A stretch of 64,000 nucleotides of DNA from Gammaproteobacteria bacterium (GTDB taxonomy: Bacteria > Pseudomonadota > Gammaproteobacteria > Eutrophobiales > Eutrophobiaceae): assembly GCA_965243205.1 (NCBI GenBank), contig CBDEUK010000002.1, forward strand, positions 416,001 through 480,000. The letters are read 5' to 3'. Below are positions 52,645 to 61,831 of this stretch, one piece after another. Position 1 is the stretch's first letter, and each line of letters begins with the position of its first letter. The translations under genes and the position numbers were made by a program. The notes beneath the pieces were generated by a model, which saw only the letters and a program-made list of their open reading frames with translations, was not told the origin of the DNA and did no database searches.

Positions 52645-53814
52645 TTAATCTCTTCTTAATCTATCACTAACAGCAATCGGGGTTGGGTAACGTAACACTA
52701 TTAAATAGGATGAAATCATAAATGTTAATAATGTCGTTAATTGTATTAGATAAGATGCAGACTGACTAATTAAATGAGATTCCAATGCCAACACTGCAAT
52801 TAATAATGAAAACTCACTTACCTGCCCTAATCGAAAACCTACTTCTAATGATACAGCTGGAGTTTCACCTATACGTTTTAATAAAAATAGAAAAATTAAT
52901 GGTTTTAATATTAAGACTAGTGCAGCAAGTAATAATGCAGGCAGTAATATTTCATTAATTATCGACAAATCAAAACCAGCGCCTAATGAAAAGAAAAAGA
53001 TAATCAAAAAGAAATCTCTTAAAGGTTTTAAATGATCGGTAATAAATAAAGCTATGGGACTTGAAGCTAAGGTTACACCCGCAATAAACGCTCCAATCTC
53101 ATGCGACAAACCCATGTAAGAAGCTAATTCCGCGATACCTAAACACCATGCAATCGCTAGAAGAAAAATATATTCATGAATTCTATCAAACTGCATAATC
53201 AGTTTTAACAAAACGTATTTAGATAAAACATAAGTAATGACGATTAAAACTGGCAAACTGACGAGTTGTAAAGCGATATCAATGATTAATGATCCACCTT
53301 TGCCATAACCTTGAATCATTAACAAAATGATAATTGCCAATAAATCTTGGATTAGTAAAATACTGATGATAATTTGACCTGTATGTTTATGATGTAAGAT
53401 GGTGGTTGGCAATAATTTTAGCCCAATAATTGTGCTAGAAAACATCATTACTGCACCAATCATGACCGCATTTAATACATCGTATCCAAAAAAATACCCA
53501 ATAAAAAAACCTACCAGTAAAAAAGAAAATGAACTAATTAATGTAACCATTAATGCTTTGCTTAACATGCTCAGCAGTTGCTGGGGTAATAAATCTAAGC
53601 CTAATAAATATAAAAGAAAAATTATCCCAATATTCGATATCTCCTGAATAAGTTCAGGATCATTGACCAAACCAAAACCATATGGACCGAATAAAATACC
53701 TAGAATGATATGCCCTACTAATATTGCCTGACGTGCATACAAAGAAAGCGTTGCCATAACAGCCGCGCCTGTAAAGATCAAAAAAATAGAAAACTCAACC
53801 GATGTATGTTCCAT
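52645..53814 (-). CDS. CPA2-family cation:proton antiporter (KefB-like, no KTN domain)
   Basis: GI.FLL.LLGL, SSTII.LK, LIQD, GAFIAG and QVSEFS motifs. Confidence 0.88.
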   Translation of the reverse strand: MEHTSVEFSIFLIFTGAAVMATLSLYARQAILVGHIILGILFGPYGFGLVNDPELIQEISNIGIIFLLYLLGLDLLPQQLLSMLSKALMVTLISSFSFLLVGFFIGYFFGYDVLNAVMIGAVMMFSSTIIGLKLLPTTILHHKHTGQIIISILLIQDLLAIIILLMIQGYGKGGSLIIDIALQLVSLPVLIVITYVLSKYVLLKLIMQFDRIHEYIFLLAIAWCLGIAELASYMGLSHEIGAFIAGVTLASSPIALFITDHLKPLRDFFLIIFFFSLGAGFDLSIINEILLPALLLAALVLILKPLIFLFLLKRIGETPAVSLEVGFRLGQVSEFSLLIAVLALESHLISQSASYLIQLTTLLTFMISSYLIVLRYPTPIAVSDRLRRD

Positions 53815-53847
53815 ACCTTATAAACGAAACGAGTGATAGTATATTTA

Positions 53848-56800
53848 TTATAACTTTTTATCTTGATGATTTCTGATTATATTTAATTGTTTATCCAGTC
53901 TTTCTGGAGAAATTTTAATATTCGTTTTCATTTCTTGAGCAAACAAGGATATTCGAAATTCTTCAATCATCCATCGATAGTCAAATACATTCTTATCAAA
54001 ATTTTCAGTTTTTTTCTGTAAAGCATCCATTTCTATATACTTACTCCAATAAGGTAAAAGTTTGTTTAAATTCTGTTGATCTTTTTTTAATGAAGAATCT
54101 AGCTTTTCTATCCTATATATGATCGCTGATAAATATTTTGGGTATTTCTCCAACCACTTATAAGGCACATTTTTTATAAACCCTAATGGCATTAAAAAAT
54201 CCATTTGAGATTGAATATCTCCTTTCACCAAGTTCAGATTTTCGCTTTTTAAATTCCTTAACAACCTTAAAATAGTTTGATACTGTTTAAACATATCAGA
54301 AATTAGTGGCATAAACTCATTGATACTCGCGATAAATTTAATTTGTTCACGCTGTAAAATCTCATCGAAACCTTGTTTCGTTCTGGTAATGCTATATTTA
54401 TCTATAAAAGAATGTTCAATTGTTTTATAAATAATTTCCTGAATTAATTGCTCTTTGCTATAACCACTATTTAATAAAGTAATTGCTATTTTATTATCTA
54501 AAAGATTCTTTTTAACATATTTAATATCTTTTCGAAGGTATTTCTGAAATAGTTTATTTAAACCATTTCTCATCGATAATTCAGCTTTCGCCTCAACATC
54601 AAATGATTTAATAGAAATAACATCATCTTTTTCAAGCAATGCGGGAAACAGTGTGATTTCAATATCATTGATTTTTGAGATATATGAAACTGGTAAATCA
54701 GGAAAATCCCAGACTTCAATATTATCTCTTTCAAATTCTGATTGATGTGTCACATCAATCAGCTGGTCAATCTTTTCTGCTAGATCCGATTTAATAGCTT
54801 TTACATCACGTCCCTCGGCAATACAACTACCTTCTTCATCGATTATTTTTATATTTAACAATAGGTGTTCAGGTATTGATGTGACATCAAAATCTTTTTC
54901 TTTTATTTTTATACCACGAGTTTTGAAAACAAATTCAATTAAACCATGAACTATATTTCCATTCAGATATGATATATTTTTTTCACATTCATCAACGAAC
55001 TCAGGCAATGGCACAAACTGTTTTCTGATTGATTTTGGTAATGATTTTAATAAATAGGTCAATCGTTGCTTAGATAAACCAGGAACAATTGAATGGTAAA
55101 TTGACTCATCTAGCTTATTTAATAGAATTATTGGTACTTCTAATGAAGCACCATCATCTTTAGATTCAGGTGAAAAATTATAGGTAATAGGCAATTCAGA
55201 TTTTTGAATAACAATACTGTCTGGAAAAAGATGTTCTATACTATCATCTAAATTTTCTTCTTTTAATAAATCATTATCTTGAATAAACAAATATTCTCTA
55301 TCTTCTTTTTCAATTTTTTTTCGCCAACCATCCAAAGTTTGCAAACTACAAACATTAACAGGTAGTTTGTTGTCATAAAATTCAAACACGACAGATTCAT
55401 CCAACTTATCTTGACGTCTGGTTTTAGCTTCTAATAATCGTGCATTTTCAATCAACGTTTTATTATGCATATAATACTTTGCATCACTATTAAGTTTCAG
55501 ATTGATAAATGCTTCTTCTATAAAAAGCTTTCTCGCTTCTTGTGAATTTATTTTTCCGAAATTGACTGGTTGTTTCGCAACTATAACTAAACCATATAAA
55601 CTGATACTTTCATAAGCCGTGATTTGTTGTTTTTTATCATCCCAATGCGGCTCAGTATAACTACGTTGAACAAGATGTTTTGCTGGCTTTAACACCCATT
55701 TCGGATCGATTTTAGCGACTGTTCTAGCAAATAATTTACTGGTTTCAGCAATCTCAGCCGACATAATCCATTTCGGCATTACTTTAAACTGACTGGAACC
55801 TGGGAAAATATTCAACTTACTTCCGCGCGCACCTAAATAATTTTTTTCATCATCTTTAATCGCTAAGTGGCTAAGTAAACCCGCAATGATTGCGCAATGA
55901 ATATTATTGTAATCAGCTGCTTCGGAATTCATTGAATACTTAAGTTCTTTAACAATATCTTTTAATTGACGATGTATATCTTGCCACTCATTCATTCTGT
56001 TAAAAGACAAATAATTTGTTTTACAAAGTTTTTTTAACTGATTTTTTGAAAGCTGTTTAGATTGCTTTTGATAAAACTGCCAAAGATTAATGTAACGTAA
56101 AAAATCCGAATATTGATGATCAAATTGTTTATGAGCTTCGTCCGCTTTACCAGGTTCATCTAGTGGCCTTTCTCTTGGATCTAAAATACTCAAAGCACTA
56201 ATGATAATTAATATTTCATTGACACAATGATAACTTTTAGCTGCGATTAACATACGACCAAATCGCGGTTCAACTGGCAAACGCGATAATTCTTTACCAA
56301 TCGCTGTTAATTCTTGTTGTTTATCTAATGCTGATAACTCGGTTAATAACCGTAGACCATCATTGATATAACGTTGGTTAGGCTTTGTTATAAATGGAAA
56401 ATCACTGATATCACCCAACCGCATTGATTTCATTTGTAATATAACAGTCGCAAGGTTAGTTCTTAGAATCTCAGGCTCAGTAAAACATGAACGTTGTTCG
56501 AAATCGTCCTCCGAATACAAACGAATACATACACCTTCATGTGTTCGTCCACAACGTCCTTTTCGCTGATTAGCAGCCGCTTGCGAAATCTTTTCAACAG
56601 GCAAACGTTGAATCTTGCTTTTGTAACTATAACGACTGATTTTGGCATAACCTAGGTCAATCACAAATGAAATTCCTGGAATCGTTAGCGATGTTTCGGC
56701 CACATTAGTTGCCAAAATAATGTGACGTTTATTATGCGGCTTGAAAATTTTTGACTGGCCTTCACTGGTTAATCGAGAATACAACGGTAGGATTTCAGTA

Positions 56801-57741
56801 TTGGATAAAGATTGCTTACGTAAAAACGTCAGCATCTCATGAATTTCTCGTTCGCCAGGTAGAAAGACAAGAATATCACCTAAACCAACATGTCCTAATT
56901 CTGTTATTGCATCGTGTAGAACATTCTGAGTCGCTGCTTCTTCATCGGCAGCATCCTCTAACGGACGATAACGAACTTCAACTGGATATGTACGCCCTTC
57001 TACTTGAATAATTGGCGCATCATTAAAATGTTCAGAAAATTGTTCAACATCGATTGTTGCTGAAGTAATGATAACTTTTAAATCTGGGCGTTTTGGCAAT
57101 AATCGTTTTAGATACCCCAAGATAAAATCAATATTGAGACTGCGCTCATGAGCTTCATCAATGATCAAAACCTCATAGTCATTCAGCCATCGGTCTTTCT
57201 GCATTTCTGCTAACAGCACACCGTCGGTCATTAATTTGATATAAGTCTCATCCGATGTCTTATCATTATGACGGATCTTATAACCAACCCCTTTGCCCAA
57301 TGGCATATCCAATTCCTTAGCTAATCGGTTTGCTATGGATTTTGCTGCTAACCTTCTTGGCTGAGTATGGCCCACTAAACCTTTTGCACCATAACCTTGG
57401 GCTAAACAAATTTTTGGAAGTTGAGTCGTTTTGCCCGAACCGGTTTCACCACATACTACTATCAATTGATTTTCGTTCAGTAATCTCGAAATTTCTTCTA
57501 CATGCGAATAAATTGGCAAATCTTGGTTATACGTAATCTCTGACAGATTATTACGTTTTTTATTGACATAATTCATAGAATTATCAATGTCTTGTTGTAA
57601 TTTATTAAATAAATTTTTAGTTTTTTGGCTTGACCCTTGCTTGAGTTTTGATAATTGAGAACGAAATAAATATTGTTCCCTCATACGGCATTGAGGGATT
57701 TTATTTTTAAGGGTACTCAGCTCGGATATATCAAAGGACAT
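53848..57741 (-). CDS. hrpA: ATP-dependent RNA helicase HrpA
   Basis: GETGSGKTTQLPK, DEAH, SAT, QRKGRCGR and RWMIEEFRISLFAQ motifs. Confidence 0.97.
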   Translation of the reverse strand: MSFDISELSTLKNKIPQCRMREQYLFRSQLSKLKQGSSQKTKNLFNKLQQDIDNSMNYVNKKRNNLSEITYNQDLPIYSHVEEISRLLNENQLIVVCGETGSGKTTQLPKICLAQGYGAKGLVGHTQPRRLAAKSIANRLAKELDMPLGKGVGYKIRHNDKTSDETYIKLMTDGVLLAEMQKDRWLNDYEVLIIDEAHERSLNIDFILGYLKRLLPKRPDLKVIITSATIDVEQFSEHFNDAPIIQVEGRTYPVEVRYRPLEDAADEEAATQNVLHDAITELGHVGLGDILVFLPGEREIHEMLTFLRKQSLSNTEILPLYSRLTSEGQSKIFKPHNKRHIILATNVAETSLTIPGISFVIDLGYAKISRYSYKSKIQRLPVEKISQAAANQRKGRCGRTHEGVCIRLYSEDDFEQRSCFTEPEILRTNLATVILQMKSMRLGDISDFPFITKPNQRYINDGLRLLTELSALDKQQELTAIGKELSRLPVEPRFGRMLIAAKSYHCVNEILIIISALSILDPRERPLDEPGKADEAHKQFDHQYSDFLRYINLWQFYQKQSKQLSKNQLKKLCKTNYLSFNRMNEWQDIHRQLKDIVKELKYSMNSEAADYNNIHCAIIAGLLSHLAIKDDEKNYLGARGSKLNIFPGSSQFKVMPKWIMSAEIAETSKLFARTVAKIDPKWVLKPAKHLVQRSYTEPHWDDKKQQITAYESISLYGLVIVAKQPVNFGKINSQEARKLFIEEAFINLKLNSDAKYYMHNKTLIENARLLEAKTRRQDKLDESVVFEFYDNKLPVNVCSLQTLDGWRKKIEKEDREYLFIQDNDLLKEENLDDSIEHLFPDSIVIQKSELPITYNFSPESKDDGASLEVPIILLNKLDESIYHSIVPGLSKQRLTYLLKSLPKSIRKQFVPLPEFVDECEKNISYLNGNIVHGLIEFVFKTRGIKIKEKDFDVTSIPEHLLLNIKIIDEEGSCIAEGRDVKAIKSDLAEKIDQLIDVTHQSEFERDNIEVWDFPDLPVSYISKINDIEITLFPALLEKDDVISIKSFDVEAKAELSMRNGLNKLFQKYLRKDIKYVKKNLLDNKIAITLLNSGYSKEQLIQEIIYKTIEHSFIDKYSITRTKQGFDEILQREQIKFIASINEFMPLISDMFKQYQTILRLLRNLKSENLNLVKGDIQSQMDFLMPLGFIKNVPYKWLEKYPKYLSAIIYRIEKLDSSLKKDQQNLNKLLPYWSKYIEMDALQKKTENFDKNVFDYRWMIEEFRISLFAQEMKTNIKISPERLDKQLNIIRNHQDKKL

Positions 57742-57965
57742 TTAACACGCTTTAAAAGGTAAAAATTACGTTTATGGGATTCAGTTTCTGCATGATGAAA
57801 TATGAAAAAACCAGTATTTTTCAGGCATTAAGCATTTATTTATCTTGTAATTCCTCAAACTACTGGTACGATGAGAAAATTGTCATATAACAAATCTGAA
57901 TCTGTATTTGCAGCGATAATACTAATCATTATGCAAATAGCAACATATGCTCGAGCGGAATACTA

Positions 57966-59906
57966 ATGCGGTTGGATTTTGAACTCGCTGGCAGCCAAAT
58001 TGATGGTGCAAGAGACTATCAAGAGGACGCCTTTTTAATTACACATCTGACTGATACCGATGGTAATCCAAGTGCCTTAATTATTGTGGCCGATGGCATG
58101 GGCGGGCATGCTGCAGGCAACGTAGCCAGTAATATGGCCGTTCAAGCCTTCAATAAGCACGTAAGCAGCCATTATCCTACCTTAGCTGTTTCAAAAATCC
58201 TCGAAGAAGCCGTTGATAAAGCCAATTTATCTATTCGTGAAACCATAGAAGAAACCCCCGCTCTACAAGGCATGGGGTGCACGATGATCGGGGCCATATT
58301 GGAAAAAGGCAAAATTTGGTGGGCTAGCGTTGGTGATTCACATTTATATTTGGTAAGAGAAAGTGGTATAGCAAAAATCAACCAAGACCACAGCTATGGT
58401 GGTTTTATTGATCGCATGGAAGCTGCTGGTAAATTCATCGAGCCCGATCCAGGCCTTACCCGAAATATGCTCATGAGCGCTATAACGGGTGAAACCGTTA
58501 ATGAAATCGATTGTCCAGATACTCCTCGAGAACTCTATCCAGATGATCGTGTACTTATTTGCACCGATGGTATGGATACATTAAGTAACGGCAAAATTCT
58601 CGAGTTTATGACCAATGGCAATAATCCGAAAGAATGCTCGGATAGCTTGATGCAAGCCGTTATCGACGCTGACATGCCTCGTCAAGATAATACTACTGCT
58701 GTCGTTGCAAATATCTCTGGCGAAAAAATTAGCTCTAAACCACTTGAACAACCTGTTGCTGAGACAGAAAACGGTATTGCTGAAGATAATCTCAATATAG
58801 AAGCTATTGAAGAAAACTTAACAGCTGAAAGCATTAATATTCCGAAGCCAGAAACAGACCCTTATCAAAGTAATATCGATGATTATCCTGATAGCGACAA
58901 AAGTTATACCGGTTTAATTATTTCAGCCTTAGCATTATTAGTATTAATTGGCATCGGTGTTTACTACTTCCTACCAAAATCACCGACTGATACACCACCA
59001 ATTGTCACAACACCAATTGAAGAGCCATCCGAAATTGAAGTCACTGATATAGTAGATGAACCACTTGAAGACGAATTAGATGAAGAAACGGAAGAAATTG
59101 ATGAACCCCTTGAGGATGAACTGGAAGAATTATCTGAACCAGAAACTGAAGTCGCCGTAGTGATTCCTATAGAAGTTGAAGAGTTCACTGATAAACTAAA
59201 CTCTGGCGGTAACAGCCCTACAATGGTTAAGTTACCTGCTGGAAAATTTAAAATGGGTAATTCCAATACAACACGTTTCGCCAATGAACAACCTGTTCAT
59301 GATGTTAATATTAATGCCTTTGCAATCAGCAAATATGAAATAACGTTTGCCCAATATGACCGTTTTGCTAAAGCCACAGGCAGAGGTTTACCAAACAGCA
59401 AGGGCTTATCTCGTTCTGAAAATCCAGTATCAAAAATCAGCTGGGCTAATGCCAAAGCCTATACTGAATGGTTATCGAAACAAACAGGACAGAGCTATCA
59501 ACTTCCAACAGAAGCTCAATGGGAGTATGCAGCAACTGCTGGTGAGAAAGAACCATATCCTTGGGGTTATAAAGAACTGTCAGGAAAAGCCCATTGTTTA
59601 ACATGTAATATGCCTAACCAACCAATCAAACAAACCAAGGTTGGTAGTTATCCAGTCAATAAATTTGGTTTGCATGATATGAACGGAAACGTAGCCGAAT
59701 GGGTGCAGGAATGTTGGCATCGTAACTATGCAGATGCTCCTTCTACTGGCGAATTACGAACGGGTGGAGATTGTTCGTATCGCACCGTTAGAGGTGGAAG
59801 TTTTGAAAGCCCCCAAAGCTCTTTACGTAGCCAGCGGCGTGATAAATACGGGGCTAAAAATACTTATGATAATATTGGATTTAGAGTCGTCAGAATACTT
59901 GATTAA
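57966..59906 (+). CDS. PP2C protein phosphatase - TM - acidic linker - FGE-sulfatase (SUMF1) domain fusion
   Basis: R..QED, VADGMGGH, GCT, VGDS, CTDG and DNTT PP2C motifs; one TM; LPTEAQWEYAA, GLHDMNGNVAEW, RGGS and IGFRVV FGE motifs. Confidence 0.88.
   Translation: MRLDFELAGSQIDGARDYQEDAFLITHLTDTDGNPSALIIVADGMGGHAAGNVASNMAVQAFNKHVSSHYPTLAVSKILEEAVDKANLSIRETIEETPALQGMGCTMIGAILEKGKIWWASVGDSHLYLVRESGIAKINQDHSYGGFIDRMEAAGKFIEPDPGLTRNMLMSAITGETVNEIDCPDTPRELYPDDRVLICTDGMDTLSNGKILEFMTNGNNPKECSDSLMQAVIDADMPRQDNTTAVVANISGEKISSKPLEQPVAETENGIAEDNLNIEAIEENLTAESINIPKPETDPYQSNIDDYPDSDKSYTGLIISALALLVLIGIGVYYFLPKSPTDTPPIVTTPIEEPSEIEVTDIVDEPLEDELDEETEEIDEPLEDELEELSEPETEVAVVIPIEVEEFTDKLNSGGNSPTMVKLPAGKFKMGNSNTTRFANEQPVHDVNINAFAISKYEITFAQYDRFAKATGRGLPNSKGLSRSENPVSKISWANAKAYTEWLSKQTGQSYQLPTEAQWEYAATAGEKEPYPWGYKELSGKAHCLTCNMPNQPIKQTKVGSYPVNKFGLHDMNGNVAEWVQECWHRNYADAPSTGELRTGGDCSYRTVRGGSFESPQSSLRSQRRDKYGAKNTYDNIGFRVVRILD
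59055..59129 (+). repeat. Diverged internal duplication encoding DEPLEDEL(D/E)E twice
   Basis: 59055-59084 and 59100-59129, 45-nt period, mostly third-position differences. Confidence 0.7.
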
Positions 59907-59963
59907 ATCTTGAAATAAACCGCGTCCATGCGGTACAACTTCGTCCAATCCTTTTAAAACTAT

Positions 59964-60701
59964 TTATTTACTATCTTCTTTACGTCCACCAATCAAGACT
60001 AAACCTGCTGTTGCTGATAAGAATAGAGGTAAGCTATCAGGCAATGGCACTGGTTGTGGATTCAAATCTATATTTAAACTACCACCACCACGCTTTCTAC
60101 CATTAATAGCATCAAAAAATTGTAATTGTGCTGAAGCACCAAAAAATATATTTTTGTTGTTAGCACCCTCGCCTATTTGAAATCCTGAATTAATTAAAGA
60201 GAACTCAAACGTAGCGGCATCTTTATCGGCAGGCTGGAAACCATCATTTAATGTTCCTTCATCTAATAAATAACCTGACCAACCTGCGGTTGAAGTATTA
60301 CCAGTATATTGCCAAGTATTGGTATCAACAGGTCCACCTTTTTCAGTATAAGCCTTGCCTTTGAGTTGTTTCTTTGGATTAGTTACAGGTGTTGATGAAA
60401 GATCATTAAATTCTGCATAAACATCATATGTTTTTACACCATTACTGATCCTTGCCATTAATACTGCGTTGTTACTATCATCAACATTCAAAAAGCCAAA
60501 ATTATCAACAATAGTAAATTCTTTGGACTCTGTCTTGCCACCACGGATATTTTTATTATTGATTTTAAATGCATAGCCATCTCCGCAAACTCTGCCATAA
60601 CTATCGCAAAATGCTTCTTTTGCATCGTAAACCATTGCAGACATGGCACTTGAAGAAACGAATAAAAGCAATAATGTAGTGATTAGTTGTTTCATAGTCA
60701 T
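59964..60701 (-). CDS. VPLPA/PEP-CTERM sorting-domain protein
   Basis: Signal peptide; C-terminal PVPLPDSLPLFLSATAGLVLIGGRK (motif, TM, basic tail). Confidence 0.85.
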   Translation of the reverse strand: MTMKQLITTLLLLFVSSSAMSAMVYDAKEAFCDSYGRVCGDGYAFKINNKNIRGGKTESKEFTIVDNFGFLNVDDSNNAVLMARISNGVKTYDVYAEFNDLSSTPVTNPKKQLKGKAYTEKGGPVDTNTWQYTGNTSTAGWSGYLLDEGTLNDGFQPADKDAATFEFSLINSGFQIGEGANNKNIFFGASAQLQFFDAINGRKRGGGSLNIDLNPQPVPLPDSLPLFLSATAGLVLIGGRKEDSK

Positions 60702-60730
60702 AATTTTATTTTTAAACTTAATATGACTAT

Positions 60731-60747
60731 GGCGAAGAATGTGCCAA
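60731..60747 (-). promoter_or_regulatory. sigma54 promoter of the PEP-CTERM gene
   Basis: Minus strand TTGGCAC-ATTCT-TCGCC with GG-N10-GC spacing. Confidence 0.6.
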
Positions 60748-60822
60748 TAAATTTTATGCTTGGTAAAACAGTAGTTTATAAAACTAGTGAGAAGTAGTTC
60801 TCAGAGGGTTTTTTATAAAATG

Positions 60823-60840
60823 TGTCAGGTTTCTCCGACA
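60823..60840. promoter_or_regulatory. Putative enhancer (PEP-CTERM-box-like) TGTC-N10-GACA
   Basis: TGTCAGGTTTCTCCGACA about 77 bp upstream of the -24 element. Confidence 0.55.
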
Positions 60841-60915
60841 AACACCTTGTGAACTAGTTAACATTCCCTTTTTTATCAAAAACTTACATGAATTTTATGT
60901 GATTTTTATCACAGT

Positions 60916-61200
60916 TTAAGATTCATCTTTATCGCTATGACCTAAGTCTTTATCAGGCGCGATAACATCTCTTATAAGTTGTTTCAGTTCTTTTGATTCG
61001 GGAAATTTTCCCATGTCTTTTTTTGAATGAATTACGGTTTCGTTAATCAAAACTTCAAAGACACCGCCACTTCCAGGACGCAGAGCAAGCTCCTCGATTT
61101 CATCGGCAAATGTCATTAATAACTCCTGAGCTAACCAACTGGCTCTGAGAATAAAACGACATTGAGAACAATAGTGGATAGTGACTTTAGCTTTTTTCAT
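60916..61200 (-). CDS. SelT/SelW/SelH (Rdx)-family protein
   Basis: I.YCSQC...RA.WLAQELL.TF, GG.FEV and FPE.KELKQ motifs. Confidence 0.9.
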   Translation of the reverse strand: MKKAKVTIHYCSQCRFILRASWLAQELLMTFADEIEELALRPGSGGVFEVLINETVIHSKKDMGKFPESKELKQLIRDVIAPDKDLGHSDKDES

Positions 61201-61214
61201 TCGTGATTTAATTT

Positions 61215-61242
61215 TGAACTCATTGGAAGAAGTCGTATCTAC
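61215..61242 (+). promoter_or_regulatory. sigmaE (ECF)-type promoter
   Basis: TGAACTC-N16-TCTAC about 20 nt upstream of the start codon. Confidence 0.5.
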
Positions 61243-61262
61243 TTAGAAACGAGGTATTGATT

Positions 61263-61679
61263 ATGAAAAATATAAAATATTTATTAGCAATTTTAGCATT
61301 TTCATTAATGTCTACAACTGCATCAGCAGGCGTAAAAATAATTTTTAATAATGGTGGCTATGGTCATTACCCAGTCCATTATTCTTATAAGAATTATAAC
61401 AGGCACTATAATAATCGGTATTATAAACACAGATATTATCAACCGCGTCCCAAATACTATCGACATTATAATAATGCATATAGAACACCTTCATATCCTT
61501 ATGCTTATAAAAGACCAATAAATAAATATAAACATTATTACCACAACCCTGGTTACTATAACCACAAACCTCATAGATCATATAAAAATAAATATAGAAA
61601 ATATAAGTATCATCAACGTGGTTATGGAAATTATCACAATAAGTATAGGAAAGGCCGTCTGACAAATAGAAGATATTAA
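61263..61679 (+). CDS. Secreted low-complexity Tyr/His/Asn/Lys/Arg-rich protein
   Basis: GAGG RBS, signal peptide (TASA), mature part almost all Y/H/N/K/R/P/G with no acidic residues. Confidence 0.7.
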   Translation: MKNIKYLLAILAFSLMSTTASAGVKIIFNNGGYGHYPVHYSYKNYNRHYNNRYYKHRYYQPRPKYYRHYNNAYRTPSYPYAYKRPINKYKHYYHNPGYYNHKPHRSYKNKYRKYKYHQRGYGNYHNKYRKGRLTNRRY

Positions 61680-61735
61680 TTTACGATTTCATCTACACCT
61701 CCTCAACCCAGGGCAGCTAACCACTGCCCTTTTTT
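61680..61735 (+). ncRNA. Candidate 3'-UTR-derived sRNA with an anti-SD motif
   Basis: ACCTCCTC (61697-704) just upstream of the terminator stem. Confidence 0.35.
61710..61735 (+). terminator. Intrinsic terminator
   Basis: AGGGCAG-CTAACCA-CTGCCCT followed by a T-run. Confidence 0.85.
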
Positions 61736-61831
61736 CATTATCGTAATTAAAAATCAAATAATTAATTCTTTATTGGAAAAACTTAAAGTAAACTCTATTT
61801 TCCATTACTAAATTCAAAAAAATAAAGTCTA

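Noticed and set aside
47100-57741. Visibly more AT-rich stretch as a genomic island
   Set aside because: It contains core genes (moaB, hslR, hrpA) and has no integrase, tRNA or flanking direct repeats.
59919-59934. Short GC hairpin ACCGC-GTCCAT-GCGGT resembling a REP-like element
   Set aside because: Only one copy seen in the window and a 5-bp stem; cannot be distinguished from a weak terminator between convergent genes.
60916-61200. Possible selenoprotein (SelW family)
   Set aside because: The motif is CSQC with normal Cys codons; there is no in-frame TGA.
61345-61665. 106-aa Tyr-rich minus-strand ORF
   Set aside because: Shadow of the low-complexity plus-strand gene, which has the RBS, signal peptide, promoter and terminator.
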